IMG/VR virus record: IMGVR_UViG_3300042484_001283
Span: 1 to 54,667 of that record
Length of the DNA stretch: 54,667 nt
Source: a virus
Lineage: Duplodnaviria > Caudoviricetes
Reading direction: 5' to 3' (one strand)
Numbering within the stretch: position 1 is the first letter of the stretch; the number at the start of each line of letters is the position of its first letter. Shown here piece by piece: positions 44,917 to 54,667 of this stretch. The notes below the pieces were generated by a model. That model searched no databases. It was not told where the DNA came from and saw only the letters and a program-made list of their open reading frames with translations. A program made the position numbers and the translations under genes.

Positions 44917-46024
44917 TAATGATTCAAACTTCTATTGGTTCTTCGGATGTGTCGAGGATCGTGATGATCCGATGCGTATTGGTCGAGTAAAACTGCGAAT
45001 TCTCGGTTATCATACTGATGATAAAGAGCAGTTACCAACTGATGATCTTCCATGGGCGATGCCAATTATGCCAGCAAACAGTGCCAGTACTTCTGGTATT
45101 GGTTGGTCGCCGACTGGTCCAGTAGAAGGTACGTGGGTGTGGGGATTCTTTATGGATGGTGCAGAAGGGCAACAACCTGCATTCGTTGGAACAATTAACG
45201 CTGTTCCTGAGAGTAACGGTAGTGGCGGTGGTAGTGGAGATGGATCTGGGAACTCACCTACCTCTGGTGGTAGTGGAGGCGCAGGTGATGGTGGTAAAGT
45301 GGATCCTGCTGAATTGGCAAAACTCAGCAATTGTGATTGTACCACGTTAGCAAAATCCCAGATGGCGAGGGGTAATAAAGCAAATATGCAAGTAATCATC
45401 AAGGCAGGGCAAAGCGCAGGGTATCCACCTAAAGCGATTGCAGGATTGCTTGCTATAGCAGGAGTTGAATGCGGATTTGTTCCTGTAAACGAGGATACTC
45501 GATATACAAATGTATCTGTTTTGAAAAAAGAATTTAGTAATGTATATAACCATCCAAATCCAGATGCATTTGCACGTGCTATAGTTGCTGGTGGAAGTGT
45601 CGCTTGTGCAAATGCTATTTACGGTGGACGTGGAGGTAATGCAAAAACCATTCCTAATACGGGCAGTTTGGTTTCTACCGACAAAAACCAAGATGGATAC
45701 AAATATCGCGGAAGAGGATTTAACCAATTAACATTCAAGAGTAATTATGCCGCCTTGGGTAAAGCAATTGGTATGGGTAATCAATTGGTAGCAAATCCTG
45801 ATCTGGTAAATACTATTGAAGTTGCAGCAAAGGTTCTAACTCAATTTTACTTCACGGCAGGACTGAAGAAATCACAATTAAATGACGATAACATTGGTGG
45901 TAGATTGATTAAATTGACAGGTAATGATATGAAAGGTGGTAAAGGTCCAACGAGTCATGAACAGAAAGCTGCATTATATAAGTGCTTTATGGAAAACTAT
46001 ACTAAGAACGGGAATTTTATCTAA
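44894..46024 (+). CDS. gp5 N-terminal OB-fold domain fused to a GH19-like glycoside hydrolase
   Basis: WFFGCVEDRDDP, GRVKLRILGYH, LPWA, GFFMDG; Gly-rich linker; DGYKYRGRGFNQLT. Confidence 0.85.
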   Translation: MTDNFFSNNDSNFYWFFGCVEDRDDPMRIGRVKLRILGYHTDDKEQLPTDDLPWAMPIMPANSASTSGIGWSPTGPVEGTWVWGFFMDGAEGQQPAFVGTINAVPESNGSGGGSGDGSGNSPTSGGSGGAGDGGKVDPAELAKLSNCDCTTLAKSQMARGNKANMQVIIKAGQSAGYPPKAIAGLLAIAGVECGFVPVNEDTRYTNVSVLKKEFSNVYNHPNPDAFARAIVAGGSVACANAIYGGRGGNAKTIPNTGSLVSTDKNQDGYKYRGRGFNQLTFKSNYAALGKAIGMGNQLVANPDLVNTIEVAAKVLTQFYFTAGLKKSQLNDDNIGGRLIKLTGNDMKGGKGPTSHEQKAALYKCFMENYTKNGNFI

Positions 46025-49000
46025 TGTTGGATGTTCTGCGCGATCAAGACTTATCTAAAATTCTAGATAATACCAAAATAAGTAAGGTTCTCTCTGAGAT
46101 AGAAGTCAAGCAATTGATGGGATCCATCGCACAAGATGTGGGTGGTGGTGCACATTCTACGATTTCAGACAGCGGTAAGGTTGGAGCATACGGGTTTAAT
46201 CTTGAAGCACTACAAACAGTTGGTGCAGTGGCACCTAATGCTGTCGAAAAAACATTAGAGAATATCAAAAAGAATATTCCTGGTATTTCAATACTGACAA
46301 AGAAAACTTGGGTTAGAGCACAGGCATCTGATCCTCTAGCGAAGTTTGGTCTTGGTGGATTGATTGGTAAAAATCTCGGTAAAAACTTTGCGCTTGATGC
46401 TCTTAATAAATTGGGACTTCCGATTCCAACGAATATTGGTAACGTTGGTAATAATCTAAACTTTGCTGCTCTCGCTGATCCAAAAATTTGGACTGCAAAA
46501 CTAGGCACCGCTGCAGAAACTGCAAATAAGGTTGTTAATGCGGCAAATGGTTCTGTTGGGTCCGCAGTTTCTTCAGTTAAAAATACTCTTTCTAAAGAAG
46601 TGTCTGGTCTTACAACTAAACTTGCAGTAGTAGGAACACCAACAAAATCGAATGAAGTATTAAGCACTACAAATAAAATGGTTAAGACCATAACAAAAAC
46701 ACTTACTTCGTCTGCAGTAAAATCTGCGACCGAATTAATTACCAATTCAGTTAAACTTCCATCCGCGACTAAGGGTGCATTTGAATTGGTTTCCAAACAG
46801 ATTGATACAAAAACATCTGCGGTTAATGAGGCAATTGATGTTTCTTTTGATCCATTCAGAATAGTACCTTCTATTGAAAACCTAACAACTGCAGTGTCTG
46901 CAGTTACCTCGTTGGTTAATACACACGAAACAGAAATCACAGAAATTATTGATGATGCTCACATCGGACAGATTACTAATCTTGGTGGTGGTGGAAGTGG
47001 ATTTCTAAACGATCCATTCGCGCAAAACAACGCAATGGTTTCTCTGCTCGATAGAAATATTAAATCTCTTCTATCTTCAAAGGCGATTTCATTAGACTCT
47101 CCCAAAGATGTTATCTTAGGAATGTTGTCAGTTGCTAATGGTCAGGGAATTGACACCGCGATTAAGTTTGCTAATGGATTGATTAAGACAAGTTCTAATG
47201 GGAAAACCTCCAACGACTTCTTTGGTGTTGGGTTTTCTGCAAATAAATTATTTGACGAACTCTTGGCAATAAGACCTGGATCCCCAACAATCTCTGCACC
47301 AAATCCTGCAACACTTGCTCAGGCAAAACCAACTGTTGCCAACCAACCGACAAACGAAGGACTGCGAGATAGCAATCCTCGTATTGGATATAAAGATCCA
47401 AATAACGTTTATCCCAAGAAGGAATATCTCGAAGCAGGTAATGGTGACGTTAATGCGCTTGCTGTTGGAAAAAATCCAGGAGAAACTAAAGCACTACCAC
47501 AGGATCAAACGATTCATGGTCAACATGATGCGCAGAGAACCACGTCGAAACCTATTGCGGGTAGAACAGGAGAATCTGTTTCTCAACCGAAGTCTGCCTT
47601 TGCTGCTGAGTATCCATACAACCATACATACCAGAGTGAATCTGGACACACTATGGAATTCGATGATACTCCAAATGCAGAACGTGTTTCGTTAAACCAC
47701 AAATCAGGGTCATTCCTAGAAATGCGCCCAGATGGTTCACAGGTAAATAAAATTATCGGTGACGGTTATACAGTTATCGATCGCAATGGTGTTATTACCA
47801 TCGAGGGTAAGGCAAATGTTCACGTTGGTGGTAGTTGTAATATTTACGTAGCAAACAACTGTAATCTTACAGTTGGGGGTAATACAAATATTGACACACA
47901 CGGAAACGTCGACTGGAAAGTCGGTGGCAACATGAACCTTGCGGTCAAAGGAACTTTCGCCACTCGCGTCGATGGCGATTATTCTATGGATGTGAGCGGT
48001 GATATTGATTCAGCAACTTCTAAATCATATAGACTTGGTTCTGCAACAAGCGTTGACATCCTCTCAAATGGTAAAATCAATATCGATGCGTCCTCTGATA
48101 TTAACATTAAGTCTGACGCGAAGGCGAACGTCTTTGGCGCAGAGACAAACATCAAGGCATCTGGTAAGACAAATATCCAAGCAGGTTCTACTATGAACGT
48201 CAAGGGTGGTGGTGCTACCAATGTTGATGGTGCAATCATCACAGTAAATCCTGGAAGCGCAGGTTCAGCAGTAACAGCATCAGATGGGACTCCTCCTGAT
48301 ATTACTATTGTCGCAGATCCAGTGTCACCGATGAATCCGAGCGAACCAGAATTTGTTGGTGGTAATGGTGGTGTTTCTCCAGAAGAAGCAAAGGGTATGG
48401 ATTATGATGGCGAAGATGGCATTGCAGATAGAAACGCTGCTGGTATTGAAGATAGTGCGACTCCAGGAGAAGAAGGATCTAGTAATTTAGTAAGTGGAAG
48501 GGTTGCACCTACTGCATGTAATGTAACCAAGTCTGGAGTAAAACTTCCAGATATTAACATCTCAAATGGTATTAACTATGGAATGAAAATCTCTGATAAG
48601 TTTACTCTGAAAGACGTTATGGTAAAGGGTAAACTACGAAATTATGGTGGATTCAGTAAAGCAGACATGATTGCAAACATGCGCTGCTTGGCAGTAAACT
48701 GCTTGGATCCAATCAAAACTAAGTTCCCTGGAATGTATTTCACGTCAGGATTTAGAGATTATATTCCATCTGGTGGTTCTACGACCTCGCAGCACATGCT
48801 CGGGCAGGCAGTGGATATGAAATTCAATGGAATGACAAAGGGTCAATACCACGATGTAATCGTCCCGTGGATTGTCAAGAACGTTCCATATGACCAACTT
48901 CTTCTTGAGTATCTACCATCTGGCGGACATTGGATTCATATCTCGTTTAAAGAAAAAGGCAACAGATATCTGCACTTTACCATGTATAATCATAAACGTG

Positions 49001-49032
49001 TTTCGGCACCTGGAACTTTCAAAAAATACTAA
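46024..49032 (+). CDS. gp5 C-terminal part (beta-helix spike) with a C-terminal M15 peptidase
   Basis: YPYNH, ESGHTMEFDDTP, HKSGSFLE, VxGN repeats; M15 motifs TSGFR, SQHMLGQAVD, WIHIS. Confidence 0.85.
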   Translation: MLDVLRDQDLSKILDNTKISKVLSEIEVKQLMGSIAQDVGGGAHSTISDSGKVGAYGFNLEALQTVGAVAPNAVEKTLENIKKNIPGISILTKKTWVRAQASDPLAKFGLGGLIGKNLGKNFALDALNKLGLPIPTNIGNVGNNLNFAALADPKIWTAKLGTAAETANKVVNAANGSVGSAVSSVKNTLSKEVSGLTTKLAVVGTPTKSNEVLSTTNKMVKTITKTLTSSAVKSATELITNSVKLPSATKGAFELVSKQIDTKTSAVNEAIDVSFDPFRIVPSIENLTTAVSAVTSLVNTHETEITEIIDDAHIGQITNLGGGGSGFLNDPFAQNNAMVSLLDRNIKSLLSSKAISLDSPKDVILGMLSVANGQGIDTAIKFANGLIKTSSNGKTSNDFFGVGFSANKLFDELLAIRPGSPTISAPNPATLAQAKPTVANQPTNEGLRDSNPRIGYKDPNNVYPKKEYLEAGNGDVNALAVGKNPGETKALPQDQTIHGQHDAQRTTSKPIAGRTGESVSQPKSAFAAEYPYNHTYQSESGHTMEFDDTPNAERVSLNHKSGSFLEMRPDGSQVNKIIGDGYTVIDRNGVITIEGKANVHVGGSCNIYVANNCNLTVGGNTNIDTHGNVDWKVGGNMNLAVKGTFATRVDGDYSMDVSGDIDSATSKSYRLGSATSVDILSNGKINIDASSDINIKSDAKANVFGAETNIKASGKTNIQAGSTMNVKGGGATNVDGAIITVNPGSAGSAVTASDGTPPDITIVADPVSPMNPSEPEFVGGNGGVSPEEAKGMDYDGEDGIADRNAAGIEDSATPGEEGSSNLVSGRVAPTACNVTKSGVKLPDINISNGINYGMKISDKFTLKDVMVKGKLRNYGGFSKADMIANMRCLAVNCLDPIKTKFPGMYFTSGFRDYIPSGGSTTSQHMLGQAVDMKFNGMTKGQYHDVIVPWIVKNVPYDQLLLEYLPSGGHWIHISFKEKGNRYLHFTMYNHKRVSAPGTFKKY

Positions 49033-49039
49033 AAAGGCA

Positions 49040-49047
49040 TATAAATA
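49040..49047 (+). promoter_or_regulatory. T4-type late promoter
   Basis: TATAAATA, with ATG at 49054. Confidence 0.8.
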
Positions 49048-49053
49048 AGTATT

Positions 49054-49443
49054 ATGAAGACAGTCAGAATATACAAAGATTTAGATCTTTCCTTTACTCC
49101 GCATCCTGGAACGGGTGATGTGGGGATGAAGTTTGACATCAATTCAGTAAAGCAATCGCTTAGAATATTGTTGTTAACTTCCAACGGAGAAAGACCGTTT
49201 AACTATATTCTTGGTTCTCCGATTTATAAGATGTTGTTTGAACCTATGGATCTTATCACTGCGAATATGTTAGAATCGCAAATAACACTTCTAATCAAAC
49301 AGTTTGAACCTAGATGCAATCTTCAAATGGTTGAAGTGTCACCAAATTTCGACCTTAATCAGTATGATATAAACATCAGATTCTATGTAGTTGGTACTCC
49401 TGGTCCAATTACCTATTCAACATTCTTAAAGAGAGCTCGCTAA
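49054..49443 (+). CDS. gp25: Baseplate wedge gp25
   Basis: YKDLDLSF, SVKQSL, GERPF, FEPR. Confidence 0.92.
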   Translation: MKTVRIYKDLDLSFTPHPGTGDVGMKFDINSVKQSLRILLLTSNGERPFNYILGSPIYKMLFEPMDLITANMLESQITLLIKQFEPRCNLQMVEVSPNFDLNQYDINIRFYVVGTPGPITYSTFLKRAR

Positions 49444-51360
49444 ATGGCAGAACTTAGAGTAACAGAACTTGATTTTATGGGAATCAAGCAAAACCTGAAA
49501 GAATATCTTGCTTCTCAGGATCAATTTTCAGACTATAATTTCGAGGGATCTGCTATGTCAGTTCTTCTCGATGTTCTTGCGTATAATACGCATTACAATG
49601 CTACACTTGCGCACCTTCTTGCGAATGAAATGTTTCTTGATAGTGCACTGAAGAGATCTTCTGTTGTGTCGATTGCAAAGTCAATGGGGTATTTGCCGAA
49701 TTCTCAGCATAGTGCAAGAGCAGTAGTTGATCTTGAAATAACTGCTGTTGCAAATTATGGTCCAGAATCTCTTACTTTATCTAAGAATACTTCCTTTACG
49801 GCGACAGGAATTCCTACAGATTTATCTCCATCTGGTATATACTCATTTAGACCAGACGATGATTATACTGTTAATGTATATGATCAAATAGGAACAAGCA
49901 AAACATTTCTATTTAGTGATGTCAAACTAATTGAGGGCAACAGAGTTTCAAACCAATTTCTTGTAGATACAACCAATCTCTCTGGTCCATTTACCATTCC
50001 AAATAAGAATGTTGATATTACGACAGTCAAGGTTTCTGTTCAAAATGATGAAACTACTACCGCATTTAATTATTCAGACACGTACCTTAACATCGAAAAC
50101 AACAGTAGTGTTTTTTGGATCGAACTAGACTATGATGGTTTATACCAAGTTGTATTTGGTGATAATATTCTTGGTAAACAATTAGAATATGGTAACATCG
50201 TTACTGTAGAATATTTTGTTGGTTCTGCTGATGGTGCAAATAATCTCTCGAATTTTTCAATGCCTACTACTCTTACTGGATCAACAGAAACTAAAACAAT
50301 AACAACGATTGCACGTGCTTCTGGTGGAGCACAAGCAGAGAGCATCGATAGTATTAAATTTCATGCTCCTAAATTCAATACAACGAGAGATCGAGCAGTA
50401 ACTGCTGATGACTATGCAACCCTAATCAAAAGAAGTTTTCCTGGGATTAATTCTATTTCTGTGTGGGGAGGAGAGTTAAATGACCCTCCCATTTATGGTA
50501 GAGTATTTATCTGCCTAGATCCAGTTGCAGGAACTGTTATTACAGACAATGATAAAGACATAATTTTAAGAGATATTATTGAACCAAAAAGTGTAGTTTC
50601 GATTCAAGCGATCTTTATTGATCCGGAATATACATTTATCAGTGTTGATTCGACAATTAAATATGATCAGAAGCAATCTTTAGAAACTTCAACCGAACTT
50701 GCTGGGCGAATAAGAACAAAAATCGAAGACCACTTTGACCTTAATTTGAATAAACTCGGTAAAGATTTTTACTTTTCAAAATTGAGCGCAGATATTATGG
50801 ATACTTCTAATTCGATTATTACGAATAAGATTGATCTAACTTTACATAAACGGTTTACAGGTGTTGTAACAGATCAAAATTCATTTAAACTGAATCCTAC
50901 CTTTGGACACCCTGTACTACCAAACAGTTTACGTTCAACATATTTTAACACATTCTTAAATGGTGCATATTATGATGCATATATGGTAGACGTTCCTGAT
51001 CAATCTCCACCCGATCCAACAGGATCTGGAACAATTTACCTAAAAGAAATTGGGACTGATACAGTTCTGTCTTCTAGTTTTGGGACAATAGATTATATTA
51101 ATGGCAAAATACTTGTGCCAAAAGTGTTTTTTATCTCTCTATTAGGTGGTGCAGATGCATTCAGAATATACGTCAAACCACAAAATGTTACATCTGATAT
51201 TACTACAAAGATTATAACAAGCAGCATTCCAGTTGATAATTATAATGGAGCAGTTATCCCCCTTCCTTCCAGAAACTCTTTGTTAAAATTGGATGTAGAT
51301 AGTGCTGCGAATGTCGCCGCGAATATTACTCCAGGTCTCCAGGTAACGGTTACAACATAA
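49444..51360 (+). CDS. gp6: Baseplate wedge gp6
   Basis: ELDFMGIKQNLK, DYNFEGS, LAYNTHY, FGDNILG, RAVTADDY, WGGE, GTIDY. Confidence 0.93.
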   Translation: MAELRVTELDFMGIKQNLKEYLASQDQFSDYNFEGSAMSVLLDVLAYNTHYNATLAHLLANEMFLDSALKRSSVVSIAKSMGYLPNSQHSARAVVDLEITAVANYGPESLTLSKNTSFTATGIPTDLSPSGIYSFRPDDDYTVNVYDQIGTSKTFLFSDVKLIEGNRVSNQFLVDTTNLSGPFTIPNKNVDITTVKVSVQNDETTTAFNYSDTYLNIENNSSVFWIELDYDGLYQVVFGDNILGKQLEYGNIVTVEYFVGSADGANNLSNFSMPTTLTGSTETKTITTIARASGGAQAESIDSIKFHAPKFNTTRDRAVTADDYATLIKRSFPGINSISVWGGELNDPPIYGRVFICLDPVAGTVITDNDKDIILRDIIEPKSVVSIQAIFIDPEYTFISVDSTIKYDQKQSLETSTELAGRIRTKIEDHFDLNLNKLGKDFYFSKLSADIMDTSNSIITNKIDLTLHKRFTGVVTDQNSFKLNPTFGHPVLPNSLRSTYFNTFLNGAYYDAYMVDVPDQSPPDPTGSGTIYLKEIGTDTVLSSSFGTIDYINGKILVPKVFFISLLGGADAFRIYVKPQNVTSDITTKIITSSIPVDNYNGAVIPLPSRNSLLKLDVDSAANVAANITPGLQVTVTT

Positions 51361-54308
51361 TGAGTTTAATACCATCATACGAGAAAGTTGTTACTGGGTT
51401 TACTATAAACTCGGGTGGGAGCAACTATGCCTCACCAACTATTGATATTGATGGTGGCGGTGGTATTGGCGCAACTGCAGAAGCAACTGTTGTTGGTGGT
51501 AAAATTACTGCGATAACTATTACCAATCAGGGATCTGGTTACTCCACTCCACCTGTAGTTACTGTTGTGGGTGGAGGTGGAACGGGCGCAGACATTGATG
51601 CGATTATTGGCGATCTTCCATATAAGAATAAATTAGAATTTCTTATTCAGGAACAACTTCCTGAATTTGTTCAGAATGAATATGCAGGATTTGTAACTTT
51701 TCTAGAAGGTTATTATCGTTTCCTTGATCAATCTGGAGAAGTAAATAATTTTCTATTAAATGCCAGAGATTATTCTGACATTGATACAACACTAGAAGTA
51801 TTCATTGATCAGTTTAGAAAACAATACGCAGTAGACATTCCGAAGAATGTCCTTGTTAATCAGCGCAGACTTGTAAAATTAATTAGTGATTTTTATGAAT
51901 CTAAGGGTGCAGAAAATTCTATCGAACTTCTGTTCAAGATTCTTTATGATGAGACGGTGGAATTCTTTTATCCTTCGACGCACATCTTAAAAGCATCTGA
52001 TGGTGTTTGGATCGAAGACGTTGTAATTAGAATTCTTGGTGCAGATGGAGTTGATCCATTCACACTTTATGGTAAGATTTGTAATTTAGTTTATTACGAA
52101 AATACTGGTGTTCAGATTTTCCCGAAAACAATCAAAACAACGGTAACGAACGTAAAGAAACTGGCGTATACTTCACCAGCAATTTACGAATTGAACGTAT
52201 CACTACCTAAAAATTCTCCACTTAAAGTTCCAGGTGCTGGTGCAGTTGCCACTTTGAACATAACTGATGGATCTGTCACAAGCGTAACTGTTGATACTGG
52301 TGGTTCAGGATATTATGCAGCACCATCAATTACTCTAGAGAATACAGAAGGACTTGGTGCAGTTCTTCGTGCGAATATTGTTGATGGTTCTGTTGATACA
52401 ATAACAGTTGTTCAGGGTGGATCTGGATATGTAGAGAACGAAGAAGATATTCAAGTAGTTTTTTCTACGGATTCCGTTAGAACTAAAATTTTTCTCTCGA
52501 CAAATTCTACAACAGTCTACGGTTATGTTATCCGTCAATTATCTACAGTAACCGTTGTTTCCTGTGAAGGCGAAGGTGTTGACGGAGACTGTGGTTTTAG
52601 AGTCGGACAAATCTATCAGATCGACGAACAAAGTACGGTCGGATCATATGTAATCGATCCGCCGATGTCTTCGGTTTCAGGAGGATTGATTAGTACTATT
52701 GCTACTAATCCTACTGATTATGGAACATACGATGCTGGTAGATTTAACGATGGAGTGAACGAAACATTTTTCGATCCATCATATACACTCGTCGGACGAG
52801 ATAACAGAGCTTCTATTAGAATTTCCGGAATTGATGCGGGTGGTTGTGTTGATTCTGTTACCATATTCAATACTGGTTTCGATTTCGAACAAGAAGAATT
52901 CGAGGCAACTATTACATCTCCGAATGGATGTGAAGCAGTTCTTGCCTTTACTACTGGTGCCATTCTTATAAAGACAGGAAGATTTAAAGATTCTCGTGGT
53001 ATGTTGTCTAACATCAACAAACTACAGGACAACTATTATTATCAGAACTACTCATATGTAATTAAATCTGGCGTAACCTCGGGTACATGGTTGCCTATTA
53101 TTAATAAAACGGTGCACCCTGCTGGTATGGCAGTGTTTGGTGAATTGAATATCACCCAGACAATCGATATGGTTGATTACATTGGTGTTCTCGAAATTCT
53201 GGTTCTTAATGAATTGTTTATTGATGTAGTAGTGCTTAACGATACGACTAGATCTGTTCACTTCTATAAAGTTCTCACCGATGCTGTTACCAAATCTGAT
53301 GTTACAACCTCTCACGTATATAAGGTTCTAAGTGATACTGTAACTCTGTCTGATGCGACAGAACTATTATTTGATGTTGGTATCTATAATCCCGCAGATG
53401 ATACTACCTCTACAGTCGATTCGTTCGATCGTGTTGTGCAATATGTCAGAGTGTTTAATGATGCGTTCTATACCTCAGAAACCACAGCGGTTGACTTCGG
53501 CAAAACTCTTGTAGAAGATCCAGTTTGGGTTACCAGAGATTTTTGGGCGGAAATAGACTATAGTGGAACGGAATTTGCATGGAACCCAGAAGAAACGATT
53601 GAAGTTGATTTCGCAAAGGTTCTTGCTGATGCAGCAACGGCGTCTGAAGCAAATGTATTTGCAGTTTCGAAAGTAATAACACCTTCTTATGTTACTCCGT
53701 TTGATAACGCCAGCGCACTTTATGGCACCACCTTTGATATAACTAGCGGTGGTGGTGCTTATACTATGACTATTAGTATCAATAGTGAAGGTGTTATTAC
53801 TATTGTTTCTGGGTTTGGAATGCCATTTGGTTATTATGTTTCCGTCGGAGGAACTACATTTGAACATATAGCAGGTGAAGATGCTGTTATTGCAACCGAC
53901 TCGTTTGGTAGAACTGTAGAGTATTATAGAACGTTTACAGAATCCGTGATAACTAATGAATATGCTAATGCTGGGATCGAAAAACCCCAAGCAGAAGTGG
54001 TGACATCGGCGGAAACTTCGACCAATCATCTATATAAATATTTAAATGATTCTGTAACATCAACTGATCTAGTCGGTGTAATTCCATATCTGGTTAAAAC
54101 TGATAACGCAGGTGCTACTGAATTATTAATCGTCGCAAATGATGCCGAAACAATAGAATCTATTGCTGCTACTGAACAATCGCTTATAAATATACTCAAA
54201 GGACTATTCGAAACAGTAACTGTTACCGAAAGTGGTATTGTAAACATACAAGATTATGTTGAAGGTGCATTCGGTTCGGACTTTGTGGGTCAAGCAACTT
54301 ATTTTTAA
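51360..54308 (+). CDS. gp7: Baseplate wedge gp7-like protein with repeat extensions
   Basis: QLPEFV, FLEGYY, FYESKG, LQDNYYYQNYSYVIKS, VHPAGM; follows gp6. Confidence 0.8.
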   Translation: MSLIPSYEKVVTGFTINSGGSNYASPTIDIDGGGGIGATAEATVVGGKITAITITNQGSGYSTPPVVTVVGGGGTGADIDAIIGDLPYKNKLEFLIQEQLPEFVQNEYAGFVTFLEGYYRFLDQSGEVNNFLLNARDYSDIDTTLEVFIDQFRKQYAVDIPKNVLVNQRRLVKLISDFYESKGAENSIELLFKILYDETVEFFYPSTHILKASDGVWIEDVVIRILGADGVDPFTLYGKICNLVYYENTGVQIFPKTIKTTVTNVKKLAYTSPAIYELNVSLPKNSPLKVPGAGAVATLNITDGSVTSVTVDTGGSGYYAAPSITLENTEGLGAVLRANIVDGSVDTITVVQGGSGYVENEEDIQVVFSTDSVRTKIFLSTNSTTVYGYVIRQLSTVTVVSCEGEGVDGDCGFRVGQIYQIDEQSTVGSYVIDPPMSSVSGGLISTIATNPTDYGTYDAGRFNDGVNETFFDPSYTLVGRDNRASIRISGIDAGGCVDSVTIFNTGFDFEQEEFEATITSPNGCEAVLAFTTGAILIKTGRFKDSRGMLSNINKLQDNYYYQNYSYVIKSGVTSGTWLPIINKTVHPAGMAVFGELNITQTIDMVDYIGVLEILVLNELFIDVVVLNDTTRSVHFYKVLTDAVTKSDVTTSHVYKVLSDTVTLSDATELLFDVGIYNPADDTTSTVDSFDRVVQYVRVFNDAFYTSETTAVDFGKTLVEDPVWVTRDFWAEIDYSGTEFAWNPEETIEVDFAKVLADAATASEANVFAVSKVITPSYVTPFDNASALYGTTFDITSGGGAYTMTISINSEGVITIVSGFGMPFGYYVSVGGTTFEHIAGEDAVIATDSFGRTVEYYRTFTESVITNEYANAGIEKPQAEVVTSAETSTNHLYKYLNDSVTSTDLVGVIPYLVKTDNAGATELLIVANDAETIESIAATEQSLINILKGLFETVTVTESGIVNIQDYVEGAFGSDFVGQATYF

Positions 54309-54329
54309 CTAAGAAGAAGGTAAACTCAA

Positions 54330-54667
54330 ATGAATCTTAAAGAAAACGTAAAAGGTACTAAGGGCGAACTAAACATCGTTCTTCGCGATGCAACAGGGAA
54401 TGTTACACAAGAAGTAACTGTTCCCAACCTTGTTGTTGACACTGGTCTTGCATATATTGCTTCACGCATGAAAGATACCACTCTTTCTGCAATGTCGCAC
54501 ATGGGCGTTGGTGCTGGTACAACAGACCCAGCAGCAGGTAATACTGCTCTGGAAAGTGCGCTTGGTGCACGTGAAGCTCTGACTTCAACAACTGTTACTG
54601 CTAACGCAATTGAATATGTTGCAACTTTTGGTGCAGGTTCAGGCACTGGCGCTGTTACTGAAGCAGG
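54330..54667 (+). CDS. Virion structural (tail-fibre/baseplate-associated) protein, 3'-truncated
   Basis: GAAGG SD; MNLKENVKGTKGELNIV...NLVVDTG...MGVGAG...GAVTEAG runs off the window; TATAAATA at 54185-54192. Confidence 0.7.
   Translation, partial: MNLKENVKGTKGELNIVLRDATGNVTQEVTVPNLVVDTGLAYIASRMKDTTLSAMSHMGVGAGTTDPAAGNTALESALGAREALTSTTVTANAIEYVATFGAGSGTGAVTEA

Noticed and set aside
46044-46940. 298-aa minus-strand ORF
   Set aside because: Antisense shadow of gp5C caused by codon bias
54326-54646. Minus-strand ORFs at the right edge
   Set aside because: Shadows of the truncated plus-strand structural gene starting at 54330
1-54667. CRISPR array, integrase/transposase, intron or intein, alternative genetic code
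   Set aside because: No spaced repeat array or mobile-element motifs seen; core genes read uninterrupted in the standard code, with all three stop codons used as stops
1-54667. Possible depletion of some 4-mers (e.g. CCGG) that might mark the modified sequence context
   Set aside because: Only an impression; needs observed/expected k-mer counts that I cannot compute

Overview
This window is a 54.7 kb piece of a T4-like myovirus genome. The host is probably an alphaproteobacterium, judged from a circularly permuted tmRNA with a GGCAGUA T-loop and ANDNVAFALAA tag, CTTGAC-type sigma70 promoters and apparently leaderless genes. From left to right it holds: (i) small early genes behind repeated TTGAC-N17-TATART promoters; (ii) a putative DNA-hypermodification operon (TET/JBP dioxygenase, GalE, a GT-B-like glycosyltransferase, UDP-galactopyranose mutase) followed by DUF262/HNH and DUF4338-like genes; (iii) a late-promoter curli-like secretion and signalling operon (CsgF, CsgG, two curlin-repeat proteins, FecR, CHASE2 adenylate cyclase); (iv) a cluster of a methyltransferase, five radical SAM enzymes, an SGNH-like protein and a carbamoyltransferase; (v) denV-like, phoH, exonuclease, tmRNA, SleB-like hydrolase, gp33, gp59 and gp32; (vi) the tail/baseplate module. 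The best candidates for undescribed biology are galactofuranosylated phage DNA, a lambda G/GT-style -1 frameshift fusing gp26 to gp51, the five-radical-SAM cluster, and the curli-plus-cyclase sensing module. All assignments come from motif recognition by eye; no database searches were run.
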